From an uncultured Desulfospira sp. (GTDB taxonomy: Bacteria; Desulfobacterota; Desulfobacteria; Desulfobacterales; Desulfobacteraceae): DNA of 64,000 nucleotides. The first letter of the stretch is position 1. The number at the start of each line of letters is the position of its first letter. Both the position numbers and the translations under genes were made by a program. The stretch spans positions 2,400,001 to 2,464,000 of the forward strand of contig OY760175.1 of NCBI GenBank assembly GCA_963663165.1, given 5' to 3'. The notes below the pieces were generated by a model, which did not search any database, was not told where the DNA came from, and saw only the letters and a list, made by a program, of their open reading frames with translations. Positions 42,632 to 52,006 of the stretch are shown one piece after another.

Positions 42632-43564
42632 ATGATGGCCGTTACCGCTGAAAACACCCCTGATTCTTTGGTTGAACATCTGAGAAAAAATCACAAACCG
42701 GTCATGGCGCTGAACATCTGCATTGCGGGACTGTTTTTTCTAATTTTGAGTGTTTCCACAGCCCAGGCCAAGGCCCCGGCAGGAGATCCGGCACAACAAC
42801 CGGCGGCCGGAACAAGGGCCATCAACCCGGACCTTTTTGTCAATGCCGCAGCTTTGAAACGGCAAGAGCGGTCCGGCAGCCTTCCCATGCTCATTGACGT
42901 AAGAAACAGTGCCGATTTTAAGGCATTCCGGATTCCGGGTTCCATTAACCTGCCCCTGTTTGCCGTCAAAACCAAATCCATGTTCAAGCCAGGCCCCATT
43001 GTTCTGTTCAATGAAGGGTACAACAACAGCCCCCTGATCTGGGAATGTGAAAAATTAAGGGAAAACGGATTTGATGCCACGATTCTGTTTGGCGGACTGA
43101 CGGCCTGGAAAAACAGCAAAGGGGCGGTAGAGGGTGACTTTTTTGCATTCAAAGATACCAACCAGATACCGGGGCGCATCTGGTACAGCGAACAGAAAAA
43201 TGACTGCTGGGTCTGTGTGGACGCATCGCCCGAATCAACGGGCACCGATCCGGACAAAACCGGTCAAACGGTGTTTCCCGAAGCCAGCCGCATCCCCTAT
43301 GCCGGGCCGGCCGAATCCTTTAGCAAGCAGGTCGCACAGGCAGTGAAAAACCGGAAAACCACCGGCCGGTTCTACGCCCTTATGGTGTTTACCCAGGACG
43401 GCAGCGCCTATCCGGCCATTGAAAAAGCCCTCAAAGATTTTCCCTGCCTGTTTTTTCTCAAGGACGGGCTTGCCGGGTATGAAAAATTTTTAAAAGACCT
43501 GGAGCTTGCCCGGACCCAGAAACGGACCATAAAGGGGAAAAAGTGCGGGTCCTGCCCCAAATAG
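42632..43564 (+). CDS. Exported rhodanese-domain protein with C-terminal CxxC
   Basis: Signal peptide, LIDVR...FRIPGSINLP...LFGGLTAW, and the ending KKCGSCPK. Confidence 0.75.
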   Translation: MMAVTAENTPDSLVEHLRKNHKPVMALNICIAGLFFLILSVSTAQAKAPAGDPAQQPAAGTRAINPDLFVNAAALKRQERSGSLPMLIDVRNSADFKAFRIPGSINLPLFAVKTKSMFKPGPIVLFNEGYNNSPLIWECEKLRENGFDATILFGGLTAWKNSKGAVEGDFFAFKDTNQIPGRIWYSEQKNDCWVCVDASPESTGTDPDKTGQTVFPEASRIPYAGPAESFSKQVAQAVKNRKTTGRFYALMVFTQDGSAYPAIEKALKDFPCLFFLKDGLAGYEKFLKDLELARTQKRTIKGKKCGSCPK

Positions 43565-43731
43565 TGCCCTGAAGCCGGAATCTTCACAACCCCCATGCCT
43601 TTTGGATACAACGTCCCTCAAATTCAGTTCTGAATTTGCCTTGACAAAAACAGCGCCACTATTTAAAAGGCCGACTGGGCAGGCCCATTTTTTTACACTT
43701 AACCACGGCCTTACCCTGAAAGGAATTTTTT

Positions 43732-44457
43732 ATGGCATATCCAGAAGATCTGGTCGGAAAGTTTATTGATTACAAAGTATATCCCGGCGGTTCGCCCCGG
43801 AACTGGTCAGGGCACGTCGTAAACGGGCTTTTGCCCGGGCAGACGTCCAACGCATCCCTTAACGTGCTTGAATGTGAACGGGACTCAAAACCGGGAAGCA
43901 AGTTCGAAATTGTTATTTCCAGCCTGAATCCCAAACCCAGATGGAATTTTACCTTCCTTAACTATGAACCCGGATACGTGACAACAGCCCCCCTGGCCGC
44001 ACCGGTACTCACCGGCCCCATGAGCGGGTGTTATCTGTTCACTTACACTCATCGCGGGGCTGCCATGGTGGCCCATGTGGGGACTTACATGGGGGAAAAC
44101 ACCACCGAATCCATTAAGGCCAAACTGTCATGGCTGCGTGCTGCGGACGATGTGGACATTACCCAGATCGCCGGCGGGAACCCCCTTGATTATTTTAGGG
44201 ATGTCAACATGTCGTCTGTGAGGGGAATCCCCGGGAAACCAAATATTTTTGGTTATTTCACCTCGACCGCCGCCTATGCGATCATGCTGTTTAACATTGC
44301 CGCCAACATAAATGCCATAGGCCCCCACTTAAGCAAGGTGGTGGCGGTTAAAAAAATGCACCTGCAGCCCTGGTCCTCCATCGCCGCCCTGAGAACCTTC
44401 AGGGATGTTGCAGATGATGATGACCTGATCGGCATCCCGGAAATTCAACGGTTATAG
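43732..44457 (+). CDS. Hypothetical protein with a CNF1/BLF1-like deamidase motif
   Basis: RBS AAGGA; TGPMSGC followed 15 residues later by the His of VAHVG. Confidence 0.6.
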   Translation: MAYPEDLVGKFIDYKVYPGGSPRNWSGHVVNGLLPGQTSNASLNVLECERDSKPGSKFEIVISSLNPKPRWNFTFLNYEPGYVTTAPLAAPVLTGPMSGCYLFTYTHRGAAMVAHVGTYMGENTTESIKAKLSWLRAADDVDITQIAGGNPLDYFRDVNMSSVRGIPGKPNIFGYFTSTAAYAIMLFNIAANINAIGPHLSKVVAVKKMHLQPWSSIAALRTFRDVADDDDLIGIPEIQRL

Positions 44458-44548
44458 ACGATTTATTCTCAATAATTCATTTATTCTGCCGTCATCAGCC
44501 CCTTGAGTCTACCTCAAGGGGCGATTTCCACGGGCTGTTTTCTTCCCA

Positions 44549-45430
44549 TTATTCTCCGATCTGCTTGAGAAGGTTCGGCCATGGGTCTTCCCAGCAGCAG
44601 CCATGGTCAAATTGATCCCATATTTTATAACAAGGTGTTGTTTTATCAGCGAATTTTTTGGCAAAAGAAAAAAATACATCCGGCCCCACGTTTTTGTCCA
44701 GGCCCCCGATAAAATGGTACTGGTCCTTATGTGCCAGTTCTTTTACAAAATCCGCCGGGTTCAGGGAACCGGCCAGGGGGGACAGGTGGTGTTTTTGGGT
44801 CCAGAACGCCGTATCCAGATTTCCGGCCACGGTCACCAGCCTTGATATGTCAGTGCGCTGGGCTGAAAGGATCGCGGCCACAGCCCCGCCGCCGGAATAC
44901 CCGAACACGATAAAAGAGGCCGGACCCAACTGCCCGGATACCTGGTCCAGGACCCTGTGATAGGTCTGGATAACGTCTTTTGAAAACCGGCCGGCAGTCC
45001 AGACGGTTTGATCACAACAGGCCCCGGACACATACTGGCAGGGCCTGGCCAGATAAATTTTGAACGGGTGGGGATCCTTTGCCCAAAGTTTGAGTGCCAG
45101 GGGATTTAACGGGGTCGGATCGTCGGAAACAATGGACGGGGTGAGCCAGGAAAGGCCGTCCCCTTCGATGTAAATGTGAATTTCTTGGCCCCGGCAGCCT
45201 TTGGCGATACGGGTGAATCCCAGCAGATCAAAGGGCGTGCCGGCAAATCTGATTTCCTCAGCCCCCGGGACGGTTTCGACAATGTGCCGGGCCGTCTGCA
45301 GCCGTTCTCCCGGCCCCGGCACCCGGCGGGCACACCCGCTGGCCAGGACCAGGCATGCCAACATGGCCGGAAAAAAAAACCGGCCCAAACCTGATCCCCG
45401 CAAATTTAAAACTTCCAGGTGACTTTGCAT
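44549..45430 (-). CDS. Alpha/beta hydrolase lipoprotein (start may lie slightly downstream)
   Basis: Lipobox ASGC, YIEGDG, LARPCQY, GYSGG nucleophile elbow and HGCCW. Confidence 0.85.
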   Translation of the reverse strand: MQSHLEVLNLRGSGLGRFFFPAMLACLVLASGCARRVPGPGERLQTARHIVETVPGAEEIRFAGTPFDLLGFTRIAKGCRGQEIHIYIEGDGLSWLTPSIVSDDPTPLNPLALKLWAKDPHPFKIYLARPCQYVSGACCDQTVWTAGRFSKDVIQTYHRVLDQVSGQLGPASFIVFGYSGGGAVAAILSAQRTDISRLVTVAGNLDTAFWTQKHHLSPLAGSLNPADFVKELAHKDQYHFIGGLDKNVGPDVFFSFAKKFADKTTPCYKIWDQFDHGCCWEDPWPNLLKQIGE

Positions 45431-48400
45431 GAGACCATGTGGTTCATAAAATCATCTCCCCGGCCTTCCAAGTCATAGTTGGCCGCCATGGAGAAGCGGT
45501 CGGAGAACGCTTTAACAATCCCGACACCGGCCGTATACACCAGGGGGGAAGGTGCCAGCCCCTCAATGGTAAAGGATGGGCCGGCCCCCTGGAACCGGGA
45601 GGTCACCGAGGCATCCTCGTCCATCACATCGTACCCGGCAAAGACCCTGGCCTGGATGTCCACACCCTTTGCCGGGGTAAAGGACAGGCCGCCTTCAAGC
45701 CCCGGGACCAGGGCCTGGGTGTCGTCTCCCTCCACGGCAAGGTTCATGCCGCCGGCACCGGATTCTGAATATGACGGACAGGAAAACCAGGTGTAGGAGA
45801 TCACTGCCCCCCCGGTGAGCGTCAGGTTTTCGCTTACCTTAAACGCCTTGACCGCCCGGACCTGCCCGAAAAGGGCCCGGCTGGTGTAGTCGGCTTTGGC
45901 GGTTGCGTTGACGGCGGCCATATACCGGCTGGACACGGTGTCCTGAATCCCGGCACCCGCCTGCCAGAACAGGGTGACATCCTTTCCGGGGATCAGGGGC
46001 CGGCTTCCGTAGAGCATGAGATTGACCACATCCATGTCACTGTCCTGGGGCACATGGTTGGTGTCGGCCTCAACCTTGGAAAAGAACAGGGAAACCCCCA
46101 GCCGCCTGCCCGGCGCGAATTCACCGTCCACGCCCATGCCCAGGCCGTAAGTGTCGGCTGTAAATCCGTAAGCATCCGTTGCATCGTCCTGTTCCATAAC
46201 GCCGGCAAAGGGCTTTACCCAGTAATTTTTGTCATGGAACACCGGGTCACCGGCGTTGAGCCCGGTCCGCCCCCCTTGACGGTTCTGGACAATGGTTCCC
46301 ATGGAGCTGAGCAAATGCCGGACCAGGCCCGGTGCCTGGGAAGCCCCCATGGGCACGGCCTGGAGGACCTGCCTGGCCACCTGGTCCACGGTAGACAACG
46401 CGTACAATCTTTCAAGAAAGGCATAAAGTTCCGGGTCTGCTGTGGTGCCGATCCCCCCCAAAACCGGCCCCACACCCGCTAACCCGGGCAGGCCGAATTC
46501 CCGCATTGCCCGGGCAATGGATATCTCCTGTTCCACGGTAAGGTCCAAAGCCGTGTTGTTGGCAGACAAGGACGGCAAAAAATCAATGAGCAGATAATCG
46601 TCTGTGATGTTGAGGGTATCCACATCGGCATTGACCCCGCCGTCACTTTCAATAACCCCGGTCAGGGTCTGGCCGATAAGGGAAGGGGCAAAGCCTTCAA
46701 CATCGATATTAAGACGGGTCCCGTCGGCCATGGCCGTCGTTCCTGTAACGGCCAGCCTGGAATATTGGACATTATCCGAGTCCTGGGCGTTCACGGTAAT
46801 GCCCAGGCGGCCATCGGCGGTCTGGGTAAAATCCCCTCGGATGGACGAAATGCCGGGGGGCAACTCAATGGTGCCGCTGTTGGTGGTATCACCGGCAGAA
46901 AGGGTACCGGACAAGGTGCCGGAATTGCTTAACGCCCCCAGGGCATACACAGAATAAAGGCCCTCCTTAAGTTCGCCGCCGGCCAGGGAAACCGAAACCG
47001 TGCCTGAATTGACCACCCTCCCAACAGATTGAATCCCGCATGCCCATGTGTCTATGGTATTGCCGTTAAGCTCATATTCGCTTGAACCCAGGGAAACCCG
47101 GACAATGCCTGTATTGGTTACCCGGGCATTGGCCGAACCCGAGTAAATGCCGGTGACCCTGCCGGCGGATTGGGCGGACACCTCGATAACCCCGCTGTTG
47201 GTCACCGGTGTGGAGCCGATAACGTTAATCCCAACGGCACTGTCCACGGTTTGTGCCTCAAGGGAAATGGTACCGGAATTCTCAATGGTGCCCGGGCTGT
47301 TTGAATCAACCGACGCCACATAAATTCCCTCTATTGTTGACCCTTCACCGGCATCGTTGATGGTGAGGGTGCCGGAATTCGTGATGGTGGTGTCGGCCAG
47401 TTCATAGATATAGATCCCGGTGGCATAAGCATCCTGAGCTTGACTGTTTATCTCGATGATACCGGCATTTTCCATGGCCGTGCCGTTATATGAATACTCC
47501 AGAAAAATTCCCCGGGCATCGGAATCGGCTCCGGTACCGGTGATCTCAATGGCACCGGAATTGGTAATGGTGTCGGCGTTTGCGTAGTAGCGCACCATTC
47601 CGGCAATATCGGCATTCCGGCCCTGATTGGTGATGGCAATGGTGCCGGTATTTTCAATGCGGCTCCCCATCCCGTAAACCCCGATCATTCCCACGGCCAT
47701 GCTGCCGTCCCCGGTATTATCCATCTTTATGGTACCCGAATTCTCAACGGCACCCCCTAATGCTGACACCGATGCGATGCCAAGCTGTTTGACGTTTTTT
47801 CCCGAGTTGCGGATCTCGATGGTGCCTGAGTTGGTTACACGGGTTCCCCAGGCAGTATACGTGGAAATCCCGATAGCTTCACTGTTGTCCCCCTGTTGGT
47901 TTAATTCAACGGTGCCGGCATTGGTGATGGTGCTGTTGCCTATTGAACCCCGGGAATAAATGCCGGCAAGATAGGTGTTGTCTCCAGTTTCGGCAATGTT
48001 TATGGTGCCGGAATTTAAAATCGTGCTGCCGCCCATAAAATAGTTGGATATTCCCTCATCTACGGTCCCGGACGAACTGTTGATGTCAATGGTGCCCGAA
48101 TTTTCTATCCGGCTGCTGTCTAAGACATAAGCTGACACCCCCAGATTGACAAAGGCCTGGGTCCCGCTGATTTCAACGGTGCCGGCATTGATGATGGAAC
48201 TGCTGTTATAAAGATACTCCAGGTAAATTCCGCCAAAGACGTTGTTGACCGTCGACGACACACTGATGGTCCCATTGTTGATGACGCTGGTGCCGTATAA
48301 AGGGTATTGGACGCCCCCGTTTTGCGTTGCCGCAATGCCGTGGGCATTGGTCACTTCAATGCTTCCCGCAGTGGTTACCGTCAAATTATAGGCAGTACCG

Positions 48401-48609
48401 GGGTTGTGGGGAATGGTATACGTGGTGGTCCGGGGTCCTTCAACGGTCAGTTCAACCGCCCGGGAAAGATTAAGAGGCCCCGTCCCCATGGCCAGGCAGG
48501 CGCTCATGGCGGCCACCACATGGACGACCCGGCCTTTTTTTCCCAGTTTAAAGAAAGATCTTGCCGATTTATACCAAATCCGGTTGCCCCGCCTTTCAAT
48601 CATCTTCAC
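45406..48609 (-). CDS. Autotransporter with repetitive (N-x-G-T-I) passenger domain
   Basis: Many NSGTI/NAGTV repeats and a C-terminal beta-barrel (WVKPF...TWKF). Confidence 0.9.
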   Translation of the reverse strand: MKMIERRGNRIWYKSARSFFKLGKKGRVVHVVAAMSACLAMGTGPLNLSRAVELTVEGPRTTTYTIPHNPGTAYNLTVTTAGSIEVTNAHGIAATQNGGVQYPLYGTSVINNGTISVSSTVNNVFGGIYLEYLYNSSSIINAGTVEISGTQAFVNLGVSAYVLDSSRIENSGTIDINSSSGTVDEGISNYFMGGSTILNSGTINIAETGDNTYLAGIYSRGSIGNSTITNAGTVELNQQGDNSEAIGISTYTAWGTRVTNSGTIEIRNSGKNVKQLGIASVSALGGAVENSGTIKMDNTGDGSMAVGMIGVYGMGSRIENTGTIAITNQGRNADIAGMVRYYANADTITNSGAIEITGTGADSDARGIFLEYSYNGTAMENAGIIEINSQAQDAYATGIYIYELADTTITNSGTLTINDAGEGSTIEGIYVASVDSNSPGTIENSGTISLEAQTVDSAVGINVIGSTPVTNSGVIEVSAQSAGRVTGIYSGSANARVTNTGIVRVSLGSSEYELNGNTIDTWACGIQSVGRVVNSGTVSVSLAGGELKEGLYSVYALGALSNSGTLSGTLSAGDTTNSGTIELPPGISSIRGDFTQTADGRLGITVNAQDSDNVQYSRLAVTGTTAMADGTRLNIDVEGFAPSLIGQTLTGVIESDGGVNADVDTLNITDDYLLIDFLPSLSANNTALDLTVEQEISIARAMREFGLPGLAGVGPVLGGIGTTADPELYAFLERLYALSTVDQVARQVLQAVPMGASQAPGLVRHLLSSMGTIVQNRQGGRTGLNAGDPVFHDKNYWVKPFAGVMEQDDATDAYGFTADTYGLGMGVDGEFAPGRRLGVSLFFSKVEADTNHVPQDSDMDVVNLMLYGSRPLIPGKDVTLFWQAGAGIQDTVSSRYMAAVNATAKADYTSRALFGQVRAVKAFKVSENLTLTGGAVISYTWFSCPSYSESGAGGMNLAVEGDDTQALVPGLEGGLSFTPAKGVDIQARVFAGYDVMDEDASVTSRFQGAGPSFTIEGLAPSPLVYTAGVGIVKAFSDRFSMAANYDLEGRGDDFMNHMVSCKVTWKF

Positions 48610-48693
48610 CTCGGCGCGAAATCAATAGGTTCGTTTAAGGTATCCTTCCTATCAACGGCCCGCACATTTTGCAAGGGGATACTGGAAATCAAC

Positions 48694-49136
48694 CAGGGCA
48701 ATCGCATTTATAATCCGGGATAATATTTGGATCTGGTTAGTCAATTTAATGTATATTGTTGAGACTTGGGACTTGGGATATGGGGTAGCAAGAGGTTCTC
48801 AATGCATGGAATGCTTTTCTCCTTGCTCTTTCATCCTAAAATTGAGGGCTTCGCCCTCTTTTTTTATATTCTCACGCAAAGGCGCTAAGGCGCAAAGAAT
48901 ACTATTGCCCAAGGGAAGTTAAGCTTTGCGCCGTTGCGCCGTTGCGTAAGTTTTTTTAAAGCGTTGCCCACCATTGTCCATATAACATGTTGTTTGTGAG
49001 GGGTAAATCAAACGGGGCCATGCTAACTACCGGCTTGGGACTTGGGGAGGCCACGGACGCTGCAATCCCCAAGCCCCATATCCCAAGTCCCTTTTTATTG
49101 AAGTTAAATGTATCATCATAAATGCGATTTCCCCTG
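48694..49136. mobile_element. MITE-like element (443 bp), same TIR family as 21228-23515
   Basis: TIRs CAGGGCAATCGCATTTAT / ATAAATGCGATTTCCCCTG. A 10-bp direct repeat GGAAATCAAC lies at 48684-48693 and 49137-49146. Confidence 0.85.
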
Positions 49137-49203
49137 GGAAATCAACGCAGGAGGGGCCTTATCCCATATATTTCACCTTGGTTTTTTTGCCCCATACAAA
49201 AAG

Positions 49204-50682
49204 TCATGAAATATCCGGATTAAACCTTCCCACCGCATCCTTGCCGGTTTCTTTAATGGCGAACAGGGCGTGATCAGCGGCGGCAATCAGCTCATTGAGA
49301 TTGCCTGCGTGGTCTGGGAATGCGGCGACACCAAAACTGGCCGTGAGCTTTACCTTGACCCCGTCGTTCAGGACATAGACCGAATTTTTTATGGCCATAC
49401 GGATTTCATTGGCTTTCTCAACTGCCTGTTCCATCCCCATCCCCGGCAGGACGACCACGAATTCATCCCCGGCATAGGCCACGGCAAAGGCCGGTGGCGA
49501 CAGGCAGCTGTCAATGGATTGCGCCACCTTGGAGATCGCGGCAGATCCATTGAGGTGCCCGTGGGTGTCCACGATTCGTTTAAAATGATCCATGTCCATG
49601 AAGATGACCGACACCTTGGTTCCGGTATCCGTTGCATGGTCGATCCATTTGGCCAGTGCCCGGTAAAGGTAGCGCTGGTTGTACAGGCCGGTGAGGCCGT
49701 CTCTAAAGGCCTGTTCACGGAACTGCCGCTCACTCTCTTTTAAGGCCGCTTCGGCGGCTTTGCGCTCTGTAATGTCCAGCATGGCAATGGCCACCCGTTC
49801 CATGGTTTCCTCGTGGCCGGAAATCACCAGTGATTTTGCCAGGACAATTTTGCGCTGGCCGCTGGTGGTCACCAGGGCGGCTTCCCGCTCCACATCCGGA
49901 TTGCCGTCGGCCGCCACCAGGATGACTTCACGGGCCATGCCCAGGAACTCCGGTGCATCCGTCGGCAGAAAGTCCCCGTCGGGCAGCTCATGCACCGTAA
50001 TCCCCATCAATTTTAAAAAGCCCTGGTTGTAGTCAGCGGTTTTAATCAGGGACCAGCAATGATGAATCCGATGGGGCGCCTGGTCCAGGTATTGCCTGAA
50101 ATCTGAAACCCCTTGAGCCCGAAGCTGTTCCAGATGCGCCGTTAAATCGGAGACATCCCATTCAATCAGGGCAATGGGGGCGGACTGAAACAGCTGGCGG
50201 TAACGCTGTTCGCTGTCCCTTAGGGCATCTTCGGCCTGTTTTAGGTGGGTGGTGTTCTCCACCATGGAAAGGACGCCGTTAACCATGCCGTGATCATCCT
50301 TTATGGGGCTCAGGTAATACCGCAGATGGCTATGATTCCCCTGGGGATCGGTATGGGGATGGGCAACCACAAGGGGCCGCTTTTCATGAATACAGCGCTC
50401 AATATCGGCACACACCCCAGATCCGGCCATGGCCTCACAGTCCCTGAGATTAACCAATGCCGTATCCGGGTCTTCCGGCCAGTCAAACAATTCACGCATC
50501 TTCCGGTTAACGCCGGTAAGGCGGCCCTGCATATCAACGGTAAAAATACCCAGGGGCGCACTGTCACCGATTAACCGGGTCCACTCTTCAAAATCCCTCA
50601 AGGCCTCCTCGGCCTTTTTGCAGCGCTGTTCAATCCCTTTCAACCGCGCCAGCTGCCGGCGCAGGTCGTCAATTTCCGGCAT
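49204..50682 (-). CDS. PAS-domain diguanylate cyclase (AGDEF variant)
   Basis: Two PAS-like regions, DGLTGLYN, DMDHFK, YAGDEF and ASFGVA. Confidence 0.88.
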   Translation of the reverse strand: MPEIDDLRRQLARLKGIEQRCKKAEEALRDFEEWTRLIGDSAPLGIFTVDMQGRLTGVNRKMRELFDWPEDPDTALVNLRDCEAMAGSGVCADIERCIHEKRPLVVAHPHTDPQGNHSHLRYYLSPIKDDHGMVNGVLSMVENTTHLKQAEDALRDSEQRYRQLFQSAPIALIEWDVSDLTAHLEQLRAQGVSDFRQYLDQAPHRIHHCWSLIKTADYNQGFLKLMGITVHELPDGDFLPTDAPEFLGMAREVILVAADGNPDVEREAALVTTSGQRKIVLAKSLVISGHEETMERVAIAMLDITERKAAEAALKESERQFREQAFRDGLTGLYNQRYLYRALAKWIDHATDTGTKVSVIFMDMDHFKRIVDTHGHLNGSAAISKVAQSIDSCLSPPAFAVAYAGDEFVVVLPGMGMEQAVEKANEIRMAIKNSVYVLNDGVKVKLTASFGVAAFPDHAGNLNELIAAADHALFAIKETGKDAVGRFNPDIS

Positions 50683-51013
50683 GGTCATCTTTAAAACATA
50701 TCTGGGCATCCCGGGGCAACGCCAGACCAACGCCGACCTCCAGCGCCTTTAAGATACCTGATATAACCGGGCAGGACACATGGGGGATAGTGGAAAGTGC
50801 CATGTCAATAATTTTTGAGTGAACCTGGCCGTCACTCCCCTTAAACAGTTCCCCCATGACACTGATCTCCTGGCCGCCGAGAAGGTCATTGACTTTTTTC
50901 CAGTTGGGACACTGGGTGGTGAGCTGGAAACAGGCCATATAATCATCTTTATCTTCAACCGTTACAATGGTTTTAAATCCGCAGATTCCGGCATTAATTT
51001 CAACTTTGGTCAC
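50669..51013 (-). CDS. Small Cys-containing conserved hypothetical protein (DUF6951-like)
   Basis: AGICGF...QCP...HVSCPV...KALEVGVGLALPRD. Confidence 0.65.
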   Translation of the reverse strand: MTKVEINAGICGFKTIVTVEDKDDYMACFQLTTQCPNWKKVNDLLGGQEISVMGELFKGSDGQVHSKIIDMALSTIPHVSCPVISGILKALEVGVGLALPRDAQICFKDDHAGN

Positions 51014-51112
51014 GCAAACATCTCCTGTAATTCCTTTTCTTTAAAACTCATCAAATAATAATCACGTTGTCCTGACAGACAAATTTTTTTTACATCCCTT
51101 TACAAAAAAGCG

Positions 51113-51919
51113 CTACCCCGAAACGTCCGGGCGCAAAAGCGACTGTGTGATGAATCCGGACACGAAGGTTTTAATTTCCCCGATCTCGGGTTTTTGGGGA
51201 AGGGATTCAAATATGGCGTCAAGGTATTTTTTTTCCTGGACAATCTTAAGGCTTTCCCTGAAGTTAAGGTCAAACACCCAGGATATCTGGAGCAGTTTCA
51301 GGTCATTTAAAGACGATACCTTGAGGCGGTCAAGGGACTGGCAGGCATACATGTCACTGACCAGCTCCGGGCAGATCCGGTGATCGTCTTTGCATGAATT
51401 GGTGATAAACTGATCTTCTTTCCGGTATTGGGACCGGTCCTGCCGGTATTTTTCCACCATCACCTTGAAAATATCCACCTTATCCGCATCCCGGAGCAGC
51501 CGGGTCAAAAACAGGTCATCGGCCTTCATATCAGGGGGCAGGCGAAACACATTGTGATGCCGGACCGCCGTGATAATGGTCTGTTGTTCTTCCTGAAAAA
51601 ACCCCTTAAGGATTCCCTGGGTTTGGATATCTTGGGCCCCCAAACGGCCATGGTCTGCAGAGTCCGGATCAAAAAAGGTGTGCCAGGTTTCAAACTGCCG
51701 GAACCTGCCCAGGTCATGGAGCAGTGCGGCAATTTTTGCCAGAGCCGTCTTCTCTGGGGAAAGGTTCAGGGAACGGGCAATGGCCTCTATGTTGTCACAC
51801 ACCCTCAGGGTATGTTCTTTTTTAAGGATATACGGTGCTTTTTCTTCATTCCGGTTTATATAATCGTCCGCATATTCATGAAAAAAAGTGCGGACCAGCT
51901 CAAAGTCTTCTTCGGTCAT
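51113..51919 (-). CDS. HD-domain phosphohydrolase
   Basis: HTLRV, LLHDLGRF, DHG, HHN and RDADKVDI motifs. Confidence 0.88.
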   Translation of the reverse strand: MTEEDFELVRTFFHEYADDYINRNEEKAPYILKKEHTLRVCDNIEAIARSLNLSPEKTALAKIAALLHDLGRFRQFETWHTFFDPDSADHGRLGAQDIQTQGILKGFFQEEQQTIITAVRHHNVFRLPPDMKADDLFLTRLLRDADKVDIFKVMVEKYRQDRSQYRKEDQFITNSCKDDHRICPELVSDMYACQSLDRLKVSSLNDLKLLQISWVFDLNFRESLKIVQEKKYLDAIFESLPQKPEIGEIKTFVSGFITQSLLRPDVSG

Positions 51920-51949
51920 TTATCAACTCCACTACTGTAGTCCATATCA

Positions 51950-52005
51950 AATCCCAACCCCCATATCCCAAGTCCCAAGTCCCAAGTCCCATATCCCATA
52001 CCCCA
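51950..52005. repeat. 7-nt tandem tract (CCCAAGT/CCCATAT)
   Basis: Seen directly; related tracts occur at about 28095-28133, 48763-48786 and 49034-49091. Confidence 0.75.
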
Positions 52006-52006
52006 T

